Virus record (IMG/VR): IMGVR_UViG_3300008267_000004
Span: 123,451-187,450 of that record
DNA from: a virus
Reading direction: 5' to 3' (one strand)
DNA: 64,000 nucleotides
Part shown: positions 17,645 to 27,674 of the stretch, in pieces
How positions within the stretch are numbered: the stretch's first letter is position 1
Layout of the letters: every line of letters starts with the position of its first letter
Translations under genes and position numbers: made by a program
Notes under the pieces: generated by a model
What the model was told of the DNA's origin: nothing
Databases searched by the model: none
The model's input: the letters and a program-made list of their open reading frames with translations, nothing else

Positions 17645-17693
17645 TAAATAGTGTGTAAATCCTAGAAAGGATTTTATTTATACTATAAATAGT
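17645..17693 (-). promoter_or_regulatory. tandem putative late promoters
   Basis: Sense ACTATTTA at 17645-17652 and 17686-17693. Confidence 0.6.
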
Positions 17694-17940
17694 AAGAATC
17701 CTTCAAAGAGGCTTTTATTTTTTCTTTAGCTGTGTCTTCTATTTGTTTTACCCTAACAAAAGATAAGCCTATACGCTCCGATACCTCTCTCAGTGTCAAC
17801 TCACCATATTTATCCGCCGCAATAACAGCGCAATTTAGATCATCTTCATAATTCATCCAATTTCTGCAATCTTTATTCGGGCATGATTCATCTAATTTAA
17901 TGCAGGCTTCTGTACATGTTTTAAATTTATATTCACTCAT
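17683..17940 (-). CDS. sigma70 region-4-like HTH protein with a Cys-rich N-terminus
   Basis: LTLREVSERIGLSFVRVKQIEDTAKEKIK; five Cys in the first 30 residues. Confidence 0.7.
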   Translation of the reverse strand: MSEYKFKTCTEACIKLDESCPNKDCRNWMNYEDDLNCAVIAADKYGELTLREVSERIGLSFVRVKQIEDTAKEKIKASLKDSYYL

Positions 17941-18281
17941 AGGTCTGGATTCTCCATCGCTATAATATCAAAAATATCTTTAATCTCCTCTTCATTTAAT
18001 CCAAAATTTTCTTCATTTTGTCTTAATTGCTTAAGATCTTTTTTTATATTTTTTTTACTTCTAGCACTTTTTTCTTTTTCAATTTTTTTATATATGAAAG
18101 ACATAAACTCTTCATCTTTATTTTCATAAGCTTCCATACACATTCTAAAAAATTTAGCTTGCGCTAAATCATCATATCTTAACTGTATTCTAAATCTAGC
18201 ATGAAAATTTTCATCAGCAAAAAATACTACCTTTTTCTCTCCGGGTTTATGCTTTCGAGAGAATGTGTGTCCAGCTTTCAT
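17937..18281 (-). CDS. hypothetical protein, possibly ribbon-helix-helix-like
   Basis: KVVFFADENFHARFRIQL... strand-helix-helix pattern; start uncertain. Confidence 0.4.
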   Translation of the reverse strand: MKAGHTFSRKHKPGEKKVVFFADENFHARFRIQLRYDDLAQAKFFRMCMEAYENKDEEFMSFIYKKIEKEKSARSKKNIKKDLKQLRQNEENFGLNEEEIKDIFDIIAMENPDL

Positions 18282-19302
18282 GTTGTCCTGCCGTTGTTTG
18301 CTGGACGTATTTTGCGAGTCTTTTAAATTCATCAATGCTTCTTGCTCCAGTATATGAGAACCCACTTTTAATTCCTCCTACGATATCCATAAATAGTGGC
18401 TCAAGTTCTCCTTTGTATGGAATAGTTGTAGAAATTCCTTCTGGTGCGGATGATTTACCTCTCCAATCATTCTGAGCTTCACGACTAGCCATACCACGAT
18501 AAACTTTACGCATACCGTTTGCGGTTGAAAGCAATTCTCCTGGCGCTTCTTTAGTTCCGGCTAGCATCGATCCAAGCATTACAAAATCAGCACCAACGGC
18601 TAAAGCTTTTACAATGTCTCCGCTATTTTTAATTCCCCCGTCAGCAATAATCGCAGGAGCTTTTTGTCCACATGCATAAAAGTAACTTTTCTTACTCCTA
18701 GCGCAATCCTGCAAAGCTGTAACACTTGGAACCCCATGACCAGTGTTTAACCTAGTGCTACAAATAGATCCGTTTCCAATACCAACTTTAACTGAATCAG
18801 CTCCCCAACCAGCCAAATCTTCATATGCATCTGATGTTGCAACATTACCAGCCATAACGTGTTTAATATTTGAATTTTGTTTCAATTTATCAATTGCATT
18901 TTTCATATGCATATGATGACCATGAGCAATATCAATACAAATAAAATCAGCACCAGCGGCGGTTAGCGCAAATGCTCTTTCATCAAAATCCCCAGTTGCA
19001 CCTACTGCGGCACCAACAAATTTTGTTCCATTACGTTTTGCTTCTCTAACCAGTGTAACTTGTTCTGGTATTGTGTTATACCTGTGTATAATAGCACAAC
19101 CACCAAGTCTACTAATTGACTCTGCCATATCTAAACCAGATACAGTATCCATCGGAGCAGAAAAAATGGGAACTTCCAACTCAATTTCATCAGAAAGTTT
19201 ATTGGCTATTGATACTTCTGACCTTGATTGAATATCAGAATAATTCGGAATTAATAAAATATCATCATATGTTAGTGCTAGATTGTTTTTGCTGCAACTC
19301 AT
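18247..19302 (-). CDS. guaB: IMP dehydrogenase / GMP reductase family enzyme (no CBS domains)
   Basis: [36 protein letters not shown] (catalytic Cys), [23 protein letters not shown]. Confidence 0.9.
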   Translation of the reverse strand: MSCSKNNLALTYDDILLIPNYSDIQSRSEVSIANKLSDEIELEVPIFSAPMDTVSGLDMAESISRLGGCAIIHRYNTIPEQVTLVREAKRNGTKFVGAAVGATGDFDERAFALTAAGADFICIDIAHGHHMHMKNAIDKLKQNSNIKHVMAGNVATSDAYEDLAGWGADSVKVGIGNGSICSTRLNTGHGVPSVTALQDCARSKKSYFYACGQKAPAIIADGGIKNSGDIVKALAVGADFVMLGSMLAGTKEAPGELLSTANGMRKVYRGMASREAQNDWRGKSSAPEGISTTIPYKGELEPLFMDIVGGIKSGFSYTGARSIDEFKRLAKYVQQTTAGQHESWTHILSKA

Positions 19303-19519
19303 GTTTCCTCTTTTCATAACACTCGGGACAATATAAGTCCACTCGTTTTTGTTCGTTATATACCTCTACGAACCATGTCATCACCATTTCTTTGTTAAGT
19401 TTATCATAACTTTTTTTACAAGTCAAGCACTCTGTGGGTATATTTAACATTAAATTTATTTTTTCTACATTTTCTTTGCCCATTTGCTTTTCTAGACTTC
19501 TTTTTTGTTTTCTATTCAT
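19265..19519 (-). CDS. small zinc-ribbon protein
   Basis: CLTC...CPEC; start moved to ATG 19519 (SD GAGG). Confidence 0.55.
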   Translation of the reverse strand: MNRKQKRSLEKQMGKENVEKINLMLNIPTECLTCKKSYDKLNKEMVMTWFVEVYNEQKRVDLYCPECYEKRKHELQQKQSSTNI

Positions 19520-19544
19520 ATGTTCCTCAAAAAAGCACATAAAA

Positions 19545-19572
19545 AACCCGTGGTGTTTTGGCACCACGGGTT
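19545..19572 (-). terminator. intrinsic terminator after dut
   Basis: 11-bp stem AACCCGTGGTG/CACCACGGGTT with U tail. Confidence 0.75.
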
Positions 19573-19576
19573 AATT

Positions 19577-20059
19577 TTATCGGGTTCCTGTGCTACCAAA
19601 ACCTCCCGAGCCACGCTTATCACCACTTACATCAAATTCCTCGACTTCCACCAATTGTGAGTTGTAAACTCGTTGAACTGTAAATTGAGCAATCTTATCA
19701 TGATGCCCAATCCTAATTTCATCTTTTGTTCCATTATGGACAACAATACCCCAAGGGCCAGTATAATATGAATCAACTAGTCCAAGAATAACGAACTTGC
19801 CTTTACTGTTCATACCGCTACGACCACGGATATCACAAGCCCAGCCTTCAGGTGGCATAATAGCAATATTAGTTGGAACAATAGTCGTTGCTCCTGAGAT
19901 GATTAACATGCCTCCTGGGCAATCGGCATATAAATCCCATGCTGCATCTTCGTGATGTGCTTTTTGCGGGCCTTTAGCTGTTTGTGTTAATTTCTTCCAC
20001 TGTAGACGAACTGATTGATCCATTAGAACATCTACTCCATCAATTTTAATGCTTCCCAT
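19577..20059 (-). CDS. dut: trimeric dUTPase
   Basis: AAWDLYA, GRSG, GLVDSYYTG, KIAQ, RGSGGFGSTG motifs I-V. Confidence 0.93.
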   Translation of the reverse strand: MGSIKIDGVDVLMDQSVRLQWKKLTQTAKGPQKAHHEDAAWDLYADCPGGMLIISGATTIVPTNIAIMPPEGWACDIRGRSGMNSKGKFVILGLVDSYYTGPWGIVVHNGTKDEIRIGHHDKIAQFTVQRVYNSQLVEVEEFDVSGDKRGSGGFGSTGTR

Positions 20060-20060
20060 T

Positions 20061-20462
20061 TTAATCCTTTCGGCTCAATAGCCAAGATGAACTTTGAATT
20101 TTTGCACCTAAACCATCAATAATTGCAATACCTAATTCTCTACAAATTTTTGATTCGGGTATTTCATAGGTGTATCTATCTCCGCCTTTGGCAAAAATAT
20201 CAGGTCTAACAAGCCATAGCGTTTTACACACCGTAGGATCTACATCTGCTGATAGAATTGCCATGTCAACACAACTTAAAGATCTAACAATTTGTAATCT
20301 CTCTTGCTCATCCATAAACTCTTTAGAGCCTTTAAGTTTTACTTGAAAGTCATTATTGACGATAACAATAAGCTTATCACCGAGAGTTTTAGCTCTCTCA
20401 AGATACTCTACATGTCCTTTATGTAGAGGATTGAAGTAACCACTTGCTGCTACGATTTTCAT
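20061..20462 (-). CDS. cytidylyltransferase-like (HxGH) nucleotidyltransferase
   Basis: SGYFNPLHKGHVEYL, VIVNND, FAKGGDR, KIQSSS. Confidence 0.85.
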   Translation of the reverse strand: MKIVAASGYFNPLHKGHVEYLERAKTLGDKLIVIVNNDFQVKLKGSKEFMDEQERLQIVRSLSCVDMAILSADVDPTVCKTLWLVRPDIFAKGGDRYTYEIPESKICRELGIAIIDGLGAKIQSSSWLLSRKD

Positions 20463-20689
20463 GTTTCTATCCTTTTATAGAAAAAGTATACTACTTTCTC
20501 CCTATTTGAATTTAGTTTTAAAGATTCTTGTATTTGAGTTTTTATACCCTCATTGGAGCAGTACAGATTTTTTTCTGAGACTCCTTCAATATAAAAATCA
20601 AATTTTTCTTCTGGATATGGTTCTCCGACCACATATACATTAGATTCAATCTGTAAAAATTCCCATATTTCTTCGTTTTCTAACGACAT
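20459..20689 (-). CDS. hypothetical protein
   Basis: 76 aa ORF with ATGA overlap. Confidence 0.5.
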   Translation of the reverse strand: MSLENEEIWEFLQIESNVYVVGEPYPEEKFDFYIEGVSEKNLYCSNEGIKTQIQESLKLNSNREKVVYFFYKRIET

Positions 20690-20704
20690 TCATTTTGCCT
20701 CCAA

Positions 20705-23700
20705 TTATCCTAATAGTTTAAAATTATGCTTAATGCTTCTAGTGCTAAATCCCCAATCATCATGTTGAAGTTTTCCGAGGTATGGTCTATTTAACCAGAC
20801 CTTATCTTTTTTAGGATCAACACCCCAGCATTTAATACTGGTCAGCTGATTTGTATTATCCGTAACTTCAAGTATCCAATAGATTTTACCGTTTTTGGTT
20901 TTCTTTTCGGTATATTTACGTGGAATAAACCATACAACCTGGTTTAAGTCTTCATTTTCCTCAAACATGCTGATGGGTGGAATATACTTCTCCTCCAGTC
21001 GTTTTAAAGTGGGTGCATCCATAACAAGACTTATCGGATAAATACCGGATAATGATACCAAGTTTTCAATTTTTTCTTCAACAGAAAAATCTCCTTCTGG
21101 TTTATATTTTTGGATATTTTCATCCAATTTTTTCTTAGTTTTTGGTCTGTCCACTACAACTGCTGACCAGAAATGTTTTAATCCACTAAAACGATTATCC
21201 ACTAATGAATTCATTGCTTCGGTTCTAACTAGAGCATCAAGAGCTTTTTTATTTACCTTACTATAGATAATTTCATCGTGAAATAATATTTCTTCAACTG
21301 TCTTAAATGGACGATATTTCATAATCTGATCAATGGCTACTTCACCGAGACCTTTAACCGAAGTCAAGGGCTGGATAAGAGTTTTGCCATCATCGCCAAC
21401 TTCCCATTTAACTCCAGACGAGTTAATATCTAATCGACGAATATTATATCCATAGCCTTTAGCTGTAGCAATAGCCTGCTCTTTTCTATCTTCCGGTTCT
21501 TTATCTAGGAATGCAGCGAGCCATTCCGCTGGGTGATAATGAAAAAGATAGGCACACTGGTAAGATAGAATGGAATAACAAACAGCGTGAGACAAATTGA
21601 ACCCGTAACCAGAGAAAAATTCCATAGTTTTCCATAGATTTTCTGCATCGACTTTTCTAATGTTTTTTTCCATGCAGCCGTCCACAAATTTTCCATATAG
21701 TTTCTCCTTTACTTGGGCTTCCTTACCAGTACCTTTTTTAGTTAATACCTTACGAAGTTCATTACCTTCATCAAGCGAAATATCTTTTCCAAGTTTATGA
21801 GCAAGCAGGCTCAATTGTTCTTGGAACACGATAAATCCATATGTCTCTTCTGTTACTTCTTTTACTACATCATGCATATAGAAAATATCGCTTGGATTAT
21901 TTTTTGCTTCGATGTATTTTGTATGTACGTTTGCAGAAAGTGGACCGGGACGATAGATAGAAGTAATGGCGGCAATATCTACAATGCTTTTTGGTTTTGC
22001 CTGCATACAAAACTTTTGAGCACCCATGTTAGTAAACTGAAATGTACCACAGAAGTTTCCCTCTCCAAATACATAATCATAGACTTTTTGATCATTTAGA
22101 TCAATCTTGTCTGGATGTAGATTATCACGATAATACTTCTTCACATCTTCAAACGTTGGATTTTTAATCCCATGTTTACGCTTTAAGATGTGCTCAATAC
22201 AAGTTTCGATCATCCTTAGCGATGCTAGACCAAGAATATCAAATTTAATGAATCCAAGAGGTTCCAAATGACGTACAGTTTGGCCCTCAGTCCAAGGAGT
22301 TTGTGTTACTCCACCACTATTAATCAACGGCATTTTTTCGTTGATATTTTCTGCAAATAGTACACCACCAGCATGACGGGAAATACTGCGAATCTGACCC
22401 TGTAGGTTCTCTACATGCGTAGCTACATCTGGATATCTCTCCAAATATCCACGGAGCGACGGAGAGTGCTCTTTCAGTTCTTCCCAAGTCGGAATATAAA
22501 CACCAGCGGTAATTCCGTGAATACGTTTACATACAGGAATTGCCTCTGCTTGCATCTTGCTGGTTACTTCATTTACCTCTTGAAATGGAATATCGTAAAG
22601 CTTAGAGATATCCTTAATCAGTGAACGAATTTGTAGGGTGTTGTAGTTGGAGATTGGAACTACAGTATTTTCACCATACTTTGCAATCATCAATTCTTTG
22701 ATTGCCATTGGATCACTTACGTCGAAGTCAATATCAGGATAATCCTTTGCGTTCTTACGAATAAAACGTGAGAACTGAAGTTTATACTTGATTGGATCGA
22801 CTTCTGTAATATCAAGAAGGTACGATACTAGAGAGCCAGCACCAGATCCACGACCACCACCACAAAGTTGTACATCTTTAGCGTCATTAGCAATATTTTT
22901 CATTGTTAGGAAGTAACGAGAAAAACCACGATCCTTGATCGTGTGAAGTTCTTCCTTTAGACGATCAACATATACATTATCTTTGTGTAGTCCAGCTGCT
23001 TTTAGCTTTTCAATTGCAATTTTAGCTAGAGCAGAGTCGGCACTTTCGCCTTCTGGAATTACGAATGATGGCAATTTTACTTCTGTATCTGGTACATAAT
23101 TCTCGATACGATTTTTTACAATATCGCTAGTTCTCTCGATACTTTCAGCGATAAGATCATCATCGTATTTAAATCCTAGTTTCTTAGAAGTCTCTTTATA
23201 AAATTGAAATAGTTGATCACCGTTTTTTGGATATAGTTGATAAGCCATTTCTTCTAGAGAAACAGGGAGGTTGCCCATAGATAGCTCTTCTTTGTTTTTT
23301 CCAAGCCATCCAAGCATTTTGTAAATTTCACGATCCTTCCAAAGGTCTGGTGAAGGATAGTGGGCATCACAAGTTGTTACAAGCTTAAACCCATATTGTT
23401 GGGAAAGCTTGATAATATATTGATTTAGGATATGCTGTTCTGGTGCCATAGCCCATTGAAGTTCGCCATAAAAACGATCTCCAAAGATGTTCATCATCTG
23501 TTGAACAGTTTTTTCCATAGCACTATAAACAGCGGTCTCACCAGCATCTCGGTTACGCCAATAATCATTAGCAAGAACCCCACCCAAACAGGCAGAGGAA
23601 GCGATGATTCCTTCGCCATGTTGACGAAGCATATCGTAGTCAATACGGGGGAAACGGTAAAAGTTGTCACCACTATAACTGGTAGAAACCAGCTTAAAAA

Positions 23701-24142
23701 GATTGTTAAGACCTGTTTGGTTTTGGGCAACAAGAACAAGGTGGCTTCTTTGATTGAGGGCGCTTTTAATTCCTTTTTTTGTTTCAGATTCATCTTCGAC
23801 AACCAAACCAATTTCATCATCAACCTGTTTTGCAAGTTTTGCATCATCTTCATATCTTTCCTTTTCTTTTTTCCAGTCTGGAATTGAAGGATGGACATAG
23901 GCTTCAATTCCATACATAACCTTAAAATCAGTTTTACCTTCGTCCTTCATTTTCTTTGACTTCATAAAGGCATAAGAAAAAGAGTTCATATTACCATGAT
24001 TAGTAAATGCAATACCATCCAAACCATTACCGTAAGCATAATCAATATGCTCGTCGGGAAAGCCTAGACCATCGAAAATACTAAATGTATCGTGATTGTG
24101 TAGATTTGCGAACTTTAGGTTTGAATTTTTACGATCAGACAT
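20705..24142 (-). CDS. dnaE: DNA polymerase III alpha subunit (family C) with PHP domain
   Basis: HNH..FS.FDG, TNHGN, CDAHY PHP motifs; GRGSGAGSLV, PDIDFD, SRHAGG, KFDILGL, FQEQ, YGFN.SHA. Confidence 0.96.
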   Translation of the reverse strand: MSDRKNSNLKFANLHNHDTFSIFDGLGFPDEHIDYAYGNGLDGIAFTNHGNMNSFSYAFMKSKKMKDEGKTDFKVMYGIEAYVHPSIPDWKKEKERYEDDAKLAKQVDDEIGLVVEDESETKKGIKSALNQRSHLVLVAQNQTGLNNLFKLVSTSYSGDNFYRFPRIDYDMLRQHGEGIIASSACLGGVLANDYWRNRDAGETAVYSAMEKTVQQMMNIFGDRFYGELQWAMAPEQHILNQYIIKLSQQYGFKLVTTCDAHYPSPDLWKDREIYKMLGWLGKNKEELSMGNLPVSLEEMAYQLYPKNGDQLFQFYKETSKKLGFKYDDDLIAESIERTSDIVKNRIENYVPDTEVKLPSFVIPEGESADSALAKIAIEKLKAAGLHKDNVYVDRLKEELHTIKDRGFSRYFLTMKNIANDAKDVQLCGGGRGSGAGSLVSYLLDITEVDPIKYKLQFSRFIRKNAKDYPDIDFDVSDPMAIKELMIAKYGENTVVPISNYNTLQIRSLIKDISKLYDIPFQEVNEVTSKMQAEAIPVCKRIHGITAGVYIPTWEELKEHSPSLRGYLERYPDVATHVENLQGQIRSISRHAGGVLFAENINEKMPLINSGGVTQTPWTEGQTVRHLEPLGFIKFDILGLASLRMIETCIEHILKRKHGIKNPTFEDVKKYYRDNLHPDKIDLNDQKVYDYVFGEGNFCGTFQFTNMGAQKFCMQAKPKSIVDIAAITSIYRPGPLSANVHTKYIEAKNNPSDIFYMHDVVKEVTEETYGFIVFQEQLSLLAHKLGKDISLDEGNELRKVLTKKGTGKEAQVKEKLYGKFVDGCMEKNIRKVDAENLWKTMEFFSGYGFNLSHAVCYSILSYQCAYLFHYHPAEWLAAFLDKEPEDRKEQAIATAKGYGYNIRRLDINSSGVKWEVGDDGKTLIQPLTSVKGLGEVAIDQIMKYRPFKTVEEILFHDEIIYSKVNKKALDALVRTEAMNSLVDNRFSGLKHFWSAVVVDRPKTKKKLDENIQKYKPEGDFSVEEKIENLVSLSGIYPISLVMDAPTLKRLEEKYIPPISMFEENEDLNQVVWFIPRKYTEKKTKNGKIYWILEVTDNTNQLTSIKCWGVDPKKDKVWLNRPYLGKLQHDDWGFSTRSIKHNFKLLG

Positions 24143-24189
24143 TTATTCTCCAATAAGAAAGCCACCGATAGGTTCAACTATCAGTGGCT

Positions 24190-24218
24190 ATTGTAGCACT
24201 GTAAATTCTCAGAGTCAA
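24190..24218 (-). promoter_or_regulatory. sigma70-type promoter for dnaE
   Basis: TTGACT-17 bp-TACAAT with extended -10 TG. Confidence 0.8.
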
Positions 24219-24225
24219 GAAGTTT

Positions 24226-24489
24226 TTACTCTTCCATATTATTTTTGCCCACGACTGCTGCCTCAATATTGCTGTTTTTTAGTAATGCTACTTCATCTTC
24301 TGTTTGACTAGATACTATCGTATTATATAAATACCTTTTATTTTTTGGCTTCCAAAACGCAATAAATTTATAAAGGTTTGAAAAAAAGATTGCCCAATTT
24401 ATCCTATACATTCTTCTGTATTCTCTTTTTACTACAACAACTTCTTCTTTATTGAAGAGATCTTTCAATGTTGGTCCGATAAAATTCAT
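24226..24489 (-). CDS. hypothetical protein
   Basis: Co-oriented 87 aa ORF with SD. Confidence 0.5.
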   Translation of the reverse strand: MNFIGPTLKDLFNKEEVVVVKREYRRMYRINWAIFFSNLYKFIAFWKPKNKRYLYNTIVSSQTEDEVALLKNSNIEAAVVGKNNMEE

Positions 24490-24498
24490 AATTTTCTC

Positions 24499-24723
24499 CT
24501 ATTCCCAAAGACCGTATCTTCGAACATCCACTTGACCATCCATATGTTGCTGGACATATTCTTTTCGAGCTTCTGAAGCACCTTCTAGTGTTTTATGGAT
24601 TGATAAAATTTTTATCAGACCTGTTAACTCATCTGGTTGTCTTGCAACAATATAAACTGTCTCTGGCGCTGTACTATTTCTAAATTTCCAATCATAATAT
24701 AACTTTTTAAAAAATTTAATCAT
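24499..24723 (-). CDS. hypothetical protein
   Basis: 74 aa ORF in a tightly packed array. Confidence 0.5.
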   Translation of the reverse strand: MIKFFKKLYYDWKFRNSTAPETVYIVARQPDELTGLIKILSIHKTLEGASEARKEYVQQHMDGQVDVRRYGLWE

Positions 24724-24904
24724 TTATTTCTTCCTCCTTATACTCTCCTACTTTAAATCTAAGAGTAGACCACCAACAATTATCATTTCTCATATCAGCA
24801 TTTTTTTGCGCGTCATCTCTGTTTTCAAATAAAATAGGTTTTAAACTGCCGTCTGTTTCTATCCAGCTACCGGCATCACAATATCTGATAATAACGTATT
24901 TCAT
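24716..24904 (-). CDS. hypothetical protein
   Basis: 62 aa ORF with overlapping junctions. Confidence 0.5.
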   Translation of the reverse strand: MKYVIIRYCDAGSWIETDGSLKPILFENRDDAQKNADMRNDNCWWSTLRFKVGEYKEEEIND

Positions 24905-25221
24905 CTATTTTCCTTTGATTTTTGATAGCATGAGTTTGAGCAATATTGCTTTTGTTCTCCTACACCTTCACCACAGGCAATAAATGTACCAGGAATTATT
25001 TCTTTACATTGGTATTGTGAATCTACTTCAAACAACTCTAAATATTCATATGTAAGTTTAGCATTAAAAAGATAACTTGGGTAAAGATCACTATAACTGA
25101 AATCTGTTCCGCATGTTTCGTTTATTCTTTCTTTAAATTTTCCAAAAGAAATTTCTCCCCCATCTAAATACTCTTTAAGGGGTCCATTTATAAAATCCAG
25201 TATTAGTTTTTTTTTATCCAT
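24901..25221 (-). CDS. hypothetical protein
   Basis: Start moved to ATG 25221 (MDKKKL), overlapping the upstream stop. Confidence 0.5.
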   Translation of the reverse strand: MDKKKLILDFINGPLKEYLDGGEISFGKFKERINETCGTDFSYSDLYPSYLFNAKLTYEYLELFEVDSQYQCKEIIPGTFIACGEGVGEQKQYCSNSCYQKSKENR

Positions 25222-25405
25222 TTTGTTTCCATTTTTTGTATTCTTCATAAGCAAAAAATAAACCTGATAGTTTTTCATCACAAATATAGCACCCATAGCC
25301 ATCTTTTTTAAGATCATCAAGCTCTTCAAAAAGAACCATAAGTAATTCATTCTCTCTATGCATTTTTACAACTTTTTGAAAAATCTCTTCTTCCTCTTTT
25401 GTCAT
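25214..25405 (-). CDS. hypothetical protein
   Basis: 63 aa ORF. Confidence 0.45.
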   Translation of the reverse strand: MTKEEEEIFQKVVKMHRENELLMVLFEELDDLKKDGYGCYICDEKLSGLFFAYEEYKKWKQNG

Positions 25406-26259
25406 ATCTTATCTCTTTTTTCTCCGATAAAAAGATCTTTATTTCTGACTAATTGTAAATTTTTACCTATAAAATTAGAATATCTTTCCCAAGAAGAAAT
25501 ATCATAAAACCATGGTGATTCTACCACAGAAGAATTTTCTAAGTCAAGATTTTTAAATATATATTCTACACCAAGAGCTAAAGTTTTCTTCCTATGAGAA
25601 AGAGGTATATGCTCAGAATCTCCTGACCATGTATCTATTGCATATCTTTTTACTAGATCTCTAGCTTTTTTAAAATCATTAGCATCAAATGTAAAATTTA
25701 TATAAATACCGTCTTTTACTGTTTTACCTAGATTTGAAAATATAACCTGTTTTGGGCTTAATAACAATTTTCTATTATTTTTTATTGTGTCGTCATCGAT
25801 TACTCCATAAGGAAATGAGCAAAAAAATTTTTCTGGAGTGACCCACTTACTTATCATTTTACATAAGCAGTAAGCTCTATTAGCGCCGTATAGTACACTC
25901 CAACCTATTGAGTCTCTTCTATCTCTATCTTTTGGATGAACTGGTATGTAGTATATGTTAACTCTGCTCGACAGTTTTGCATCATCTCTCTCAGATATAT
26001 TTACACTTATCGGTCTTACGACCGTATCTCCTATTCTTTTTCTAAGAAGAGGGATAGTACCCATGTGGCACACAATCCAAACTGTAGAACACCCCGCTAA
26101 TACACATTCCCAAATAGATTTTTCAACAGCTAAATAATCTTGTGCTATTGGCATCATTGCATCAGGCCATGGCATATTAAAATCCAGAGGTTGTCCAGCA
26201 ACTGGTACTATACCCGCTAAATGATATACTGTATTGTCTGATTTTATTAGGCTTTCCAT
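25402..26259 (-). CDS. degenerate sugar-phosphate nucleotidyltransferase-fold protein
   Basis: LAGIVPVAG...MMPI...AVEKSIWECVLAGC..VWIV resembles an NTP_transferase N-terminus but lacks the GxGTR motif. Confidence 0.55.
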   Translation of the reverse strand: MESLIKSDNTVYHLAGIVPVAGQPLDFNMPWPDAMMPIAQDYLAVEKSIWECVLAGCSTVWIVCHMGTIPLLRKRIGDTVVRPISVNISERDDAKLSSRVNIYYIPVHPKDRDRRDSIGWSVLYGANRAYCLCKMISKWVTPEKFFCSFPYGVIDDDTIKNNRKLLLSPKQVIFSNLGKTVKDGIYINFTFDANDFKKARDLVKRYAIDTWSGDSEHIPLSHRKKTLALGVEYIFKNLDLENSSVVESPWFYDISSWERYSNFIGKNLQLVRNKDLFIGEKRDKI

Positions 26260-27014
26260 AATCTGCTTTCTATAAAGTTTAGATATCTATCTTCTACTTT
26301 TGGACCACCTAAGATTTTTTCATGGGAATCCGTTAAAATAGAAATATTGTCTGGAAATTCATAAATATTCTTGCCTAAAGGATATATTTCTCTCCTAATG
26401 TGTTGTAAGGTTTGCATATTCTGATATATCCGATATAACCTTAGTCGCATGTAAGACTCTGAGAAGTCTATTTTTTCTAATTCTTCATCCGACAATAGCG
26501 AATTTATTATTAAATTCTTAAACTGTTTAGTTCCAGAAACATAAGTACCTGGGTAATATATTGTTCTTGGACAGTCATTGCTTGTGTCTCCCATAAATTT
26601 TAATACGTATGTATCTGCTATTCCAAAATAATCAATTACACAATTACTATAAGATGTTTTATCTTTTACCGGTGGAAGTCCTTCCACTTTATAATCATCA
26701 CTTATTATTAATTTATTATATTTAATCTTAATTAGACAATTAGTATTTGTTGTTACTCTTAGCATATTTTCTTCGTCTAATCTTATAGATTGAACTTTGT
26801 CTGATAAAGGACAATATCTATTTATTGATAGCATATAAAACATATGTTCGTATATTTTTAATTTTTCTTCATAATCAAAATCAAATCCATATTTATATGG
26901 TTTTAATCTACGAATATATATAAACGGAACTTTTTGGGCATAAGAAAAAGAAAGCGCACTCAGATCTGCGCCTATAACAATTGTGTCATAGTGTAAATCT
27001 AGAGTGCGCTCCAT
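26247..27014 (-). CDS. degenerate FAD-dependent oxidoreductase-like protein
   Basis: YDTIVIGADLSALSFS resembles a Rossmann GxGxxG motif with substitutions. Confidence 0.35.
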   Translation of the reverse strand: MERTLDLHYDTIVIGADLSALSFSYAQKVPFIYIRRLKPYKYGFDFDYEEKLKIYEHMFYMLSINRYCPLSDKVQSIRLDEENMLRVTTNTNCLIKIKYNKLIISDDYKVEGLPPVKDKTSYSNCVIDYFGIADTYVLKFMGDTSNDCPRTIYYPGTYVSGTKQFKNLIINSLLSDEELEKIDFSESYMRLRLYRIYQNMQTLQHIRREIYPLGKNIYEFPDNISILTDSHEKILGGPKVEDRYLNFIESRLWKA

Positions 27015-27016
27015 TT

Positions 27017-27202
27017 TTATCCTCTATCGTAGTGTTTAAGGAATGCAATAAAGTATAATGAAAATCTATGTATGGGTCCGTCATACCAGTCTTCAGTATA
27101 TCCCCAATCACGGCAAGTTGGATGATTCCAACCTACATAATATGCCATATCCTTATATACAAATCCAAAATATTTAGATTCCCAACTACCTATAAATTTC
27201 AT
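27017..27202 (-). CDS. hypothetical aromatic-rich protein
   Basis: 61 aa ORF. Confidence 0.45.
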   Translation of the reverse strand: MKFIGSWESKYFGFVYKDMAYYVGWNHPTCRDWGYTEDWYDGPIHRFSLYFIAFLKHYDRG

Positions 27203-27429
27203 TATCCCCTCAAAATTAATTCTGCATCAAGAAGTATTACTAAACTAGTATCTGAAAAATGACAAACACATCCGTCACTAATACAAACAGAATTAAATTT
27301 TAAATCCTCTTCTGGATGTAGAACTTCTTCAATTTTAATATAACAATTCATATTCCATTCAAAAACTTGTCCTAATGTGACTTCTTTAAAGTTTAATTTA
27401 TGTATTGATGATTTTCTTGTTATTTTCAT
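27202..27429 (-). CDS. hypothetical protein
   Basis: 75 aa ORF. Confidence 0.5.
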   Translation of the reverse strand: MKITRKSSIHKLNFKEVTLGQVFEWNMNCYIKIEEVLHPEEDLKFNSVCISDGCVCHFSDTSLVILLDAELILRG

Positions 27430-27431
27430 AT

Positions 27432-27674
27432 TTACTCCGAAGTAGTCTCCCTAAAACGATCTAATTCTTTCATATCTTCTTGAACCCACTGCATATAACA
27501 ATTACAACGGTATATGTTTTTTTCCCATGATAAACAATTATAATGATGAGTTAGAAGCATTGGATCTTTTGTCATGCGTTTATTCATATTCGTCGCAACT
27601 GCATTTGAGACACCCAACCATCGGTGCATGATAAACAATACTGTGACCACAATAACTACAATCCCCAATAGCAT
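27432..27674 (-). CDS. hypothetical membrane-anchored protein
   Basis: N-terminal hydrophobic helix. Confidence 0.5.
   Translation of the reverse strand: MLLGIVVIVVTVLFIMHRWLGVSNAVATNMNKRMTKDPMLLTHHYNCLSWEKNIYRCNCYMQWVQEDMKELDRFRETTSE

Noticed and set aside
27202-27429. N-terminus MKITRKSSIHKL resembling leader motif A
   Set aside because: It lacks the L-x2-II-x-EE part, has no late promoter and sits in an early small-ORF array.
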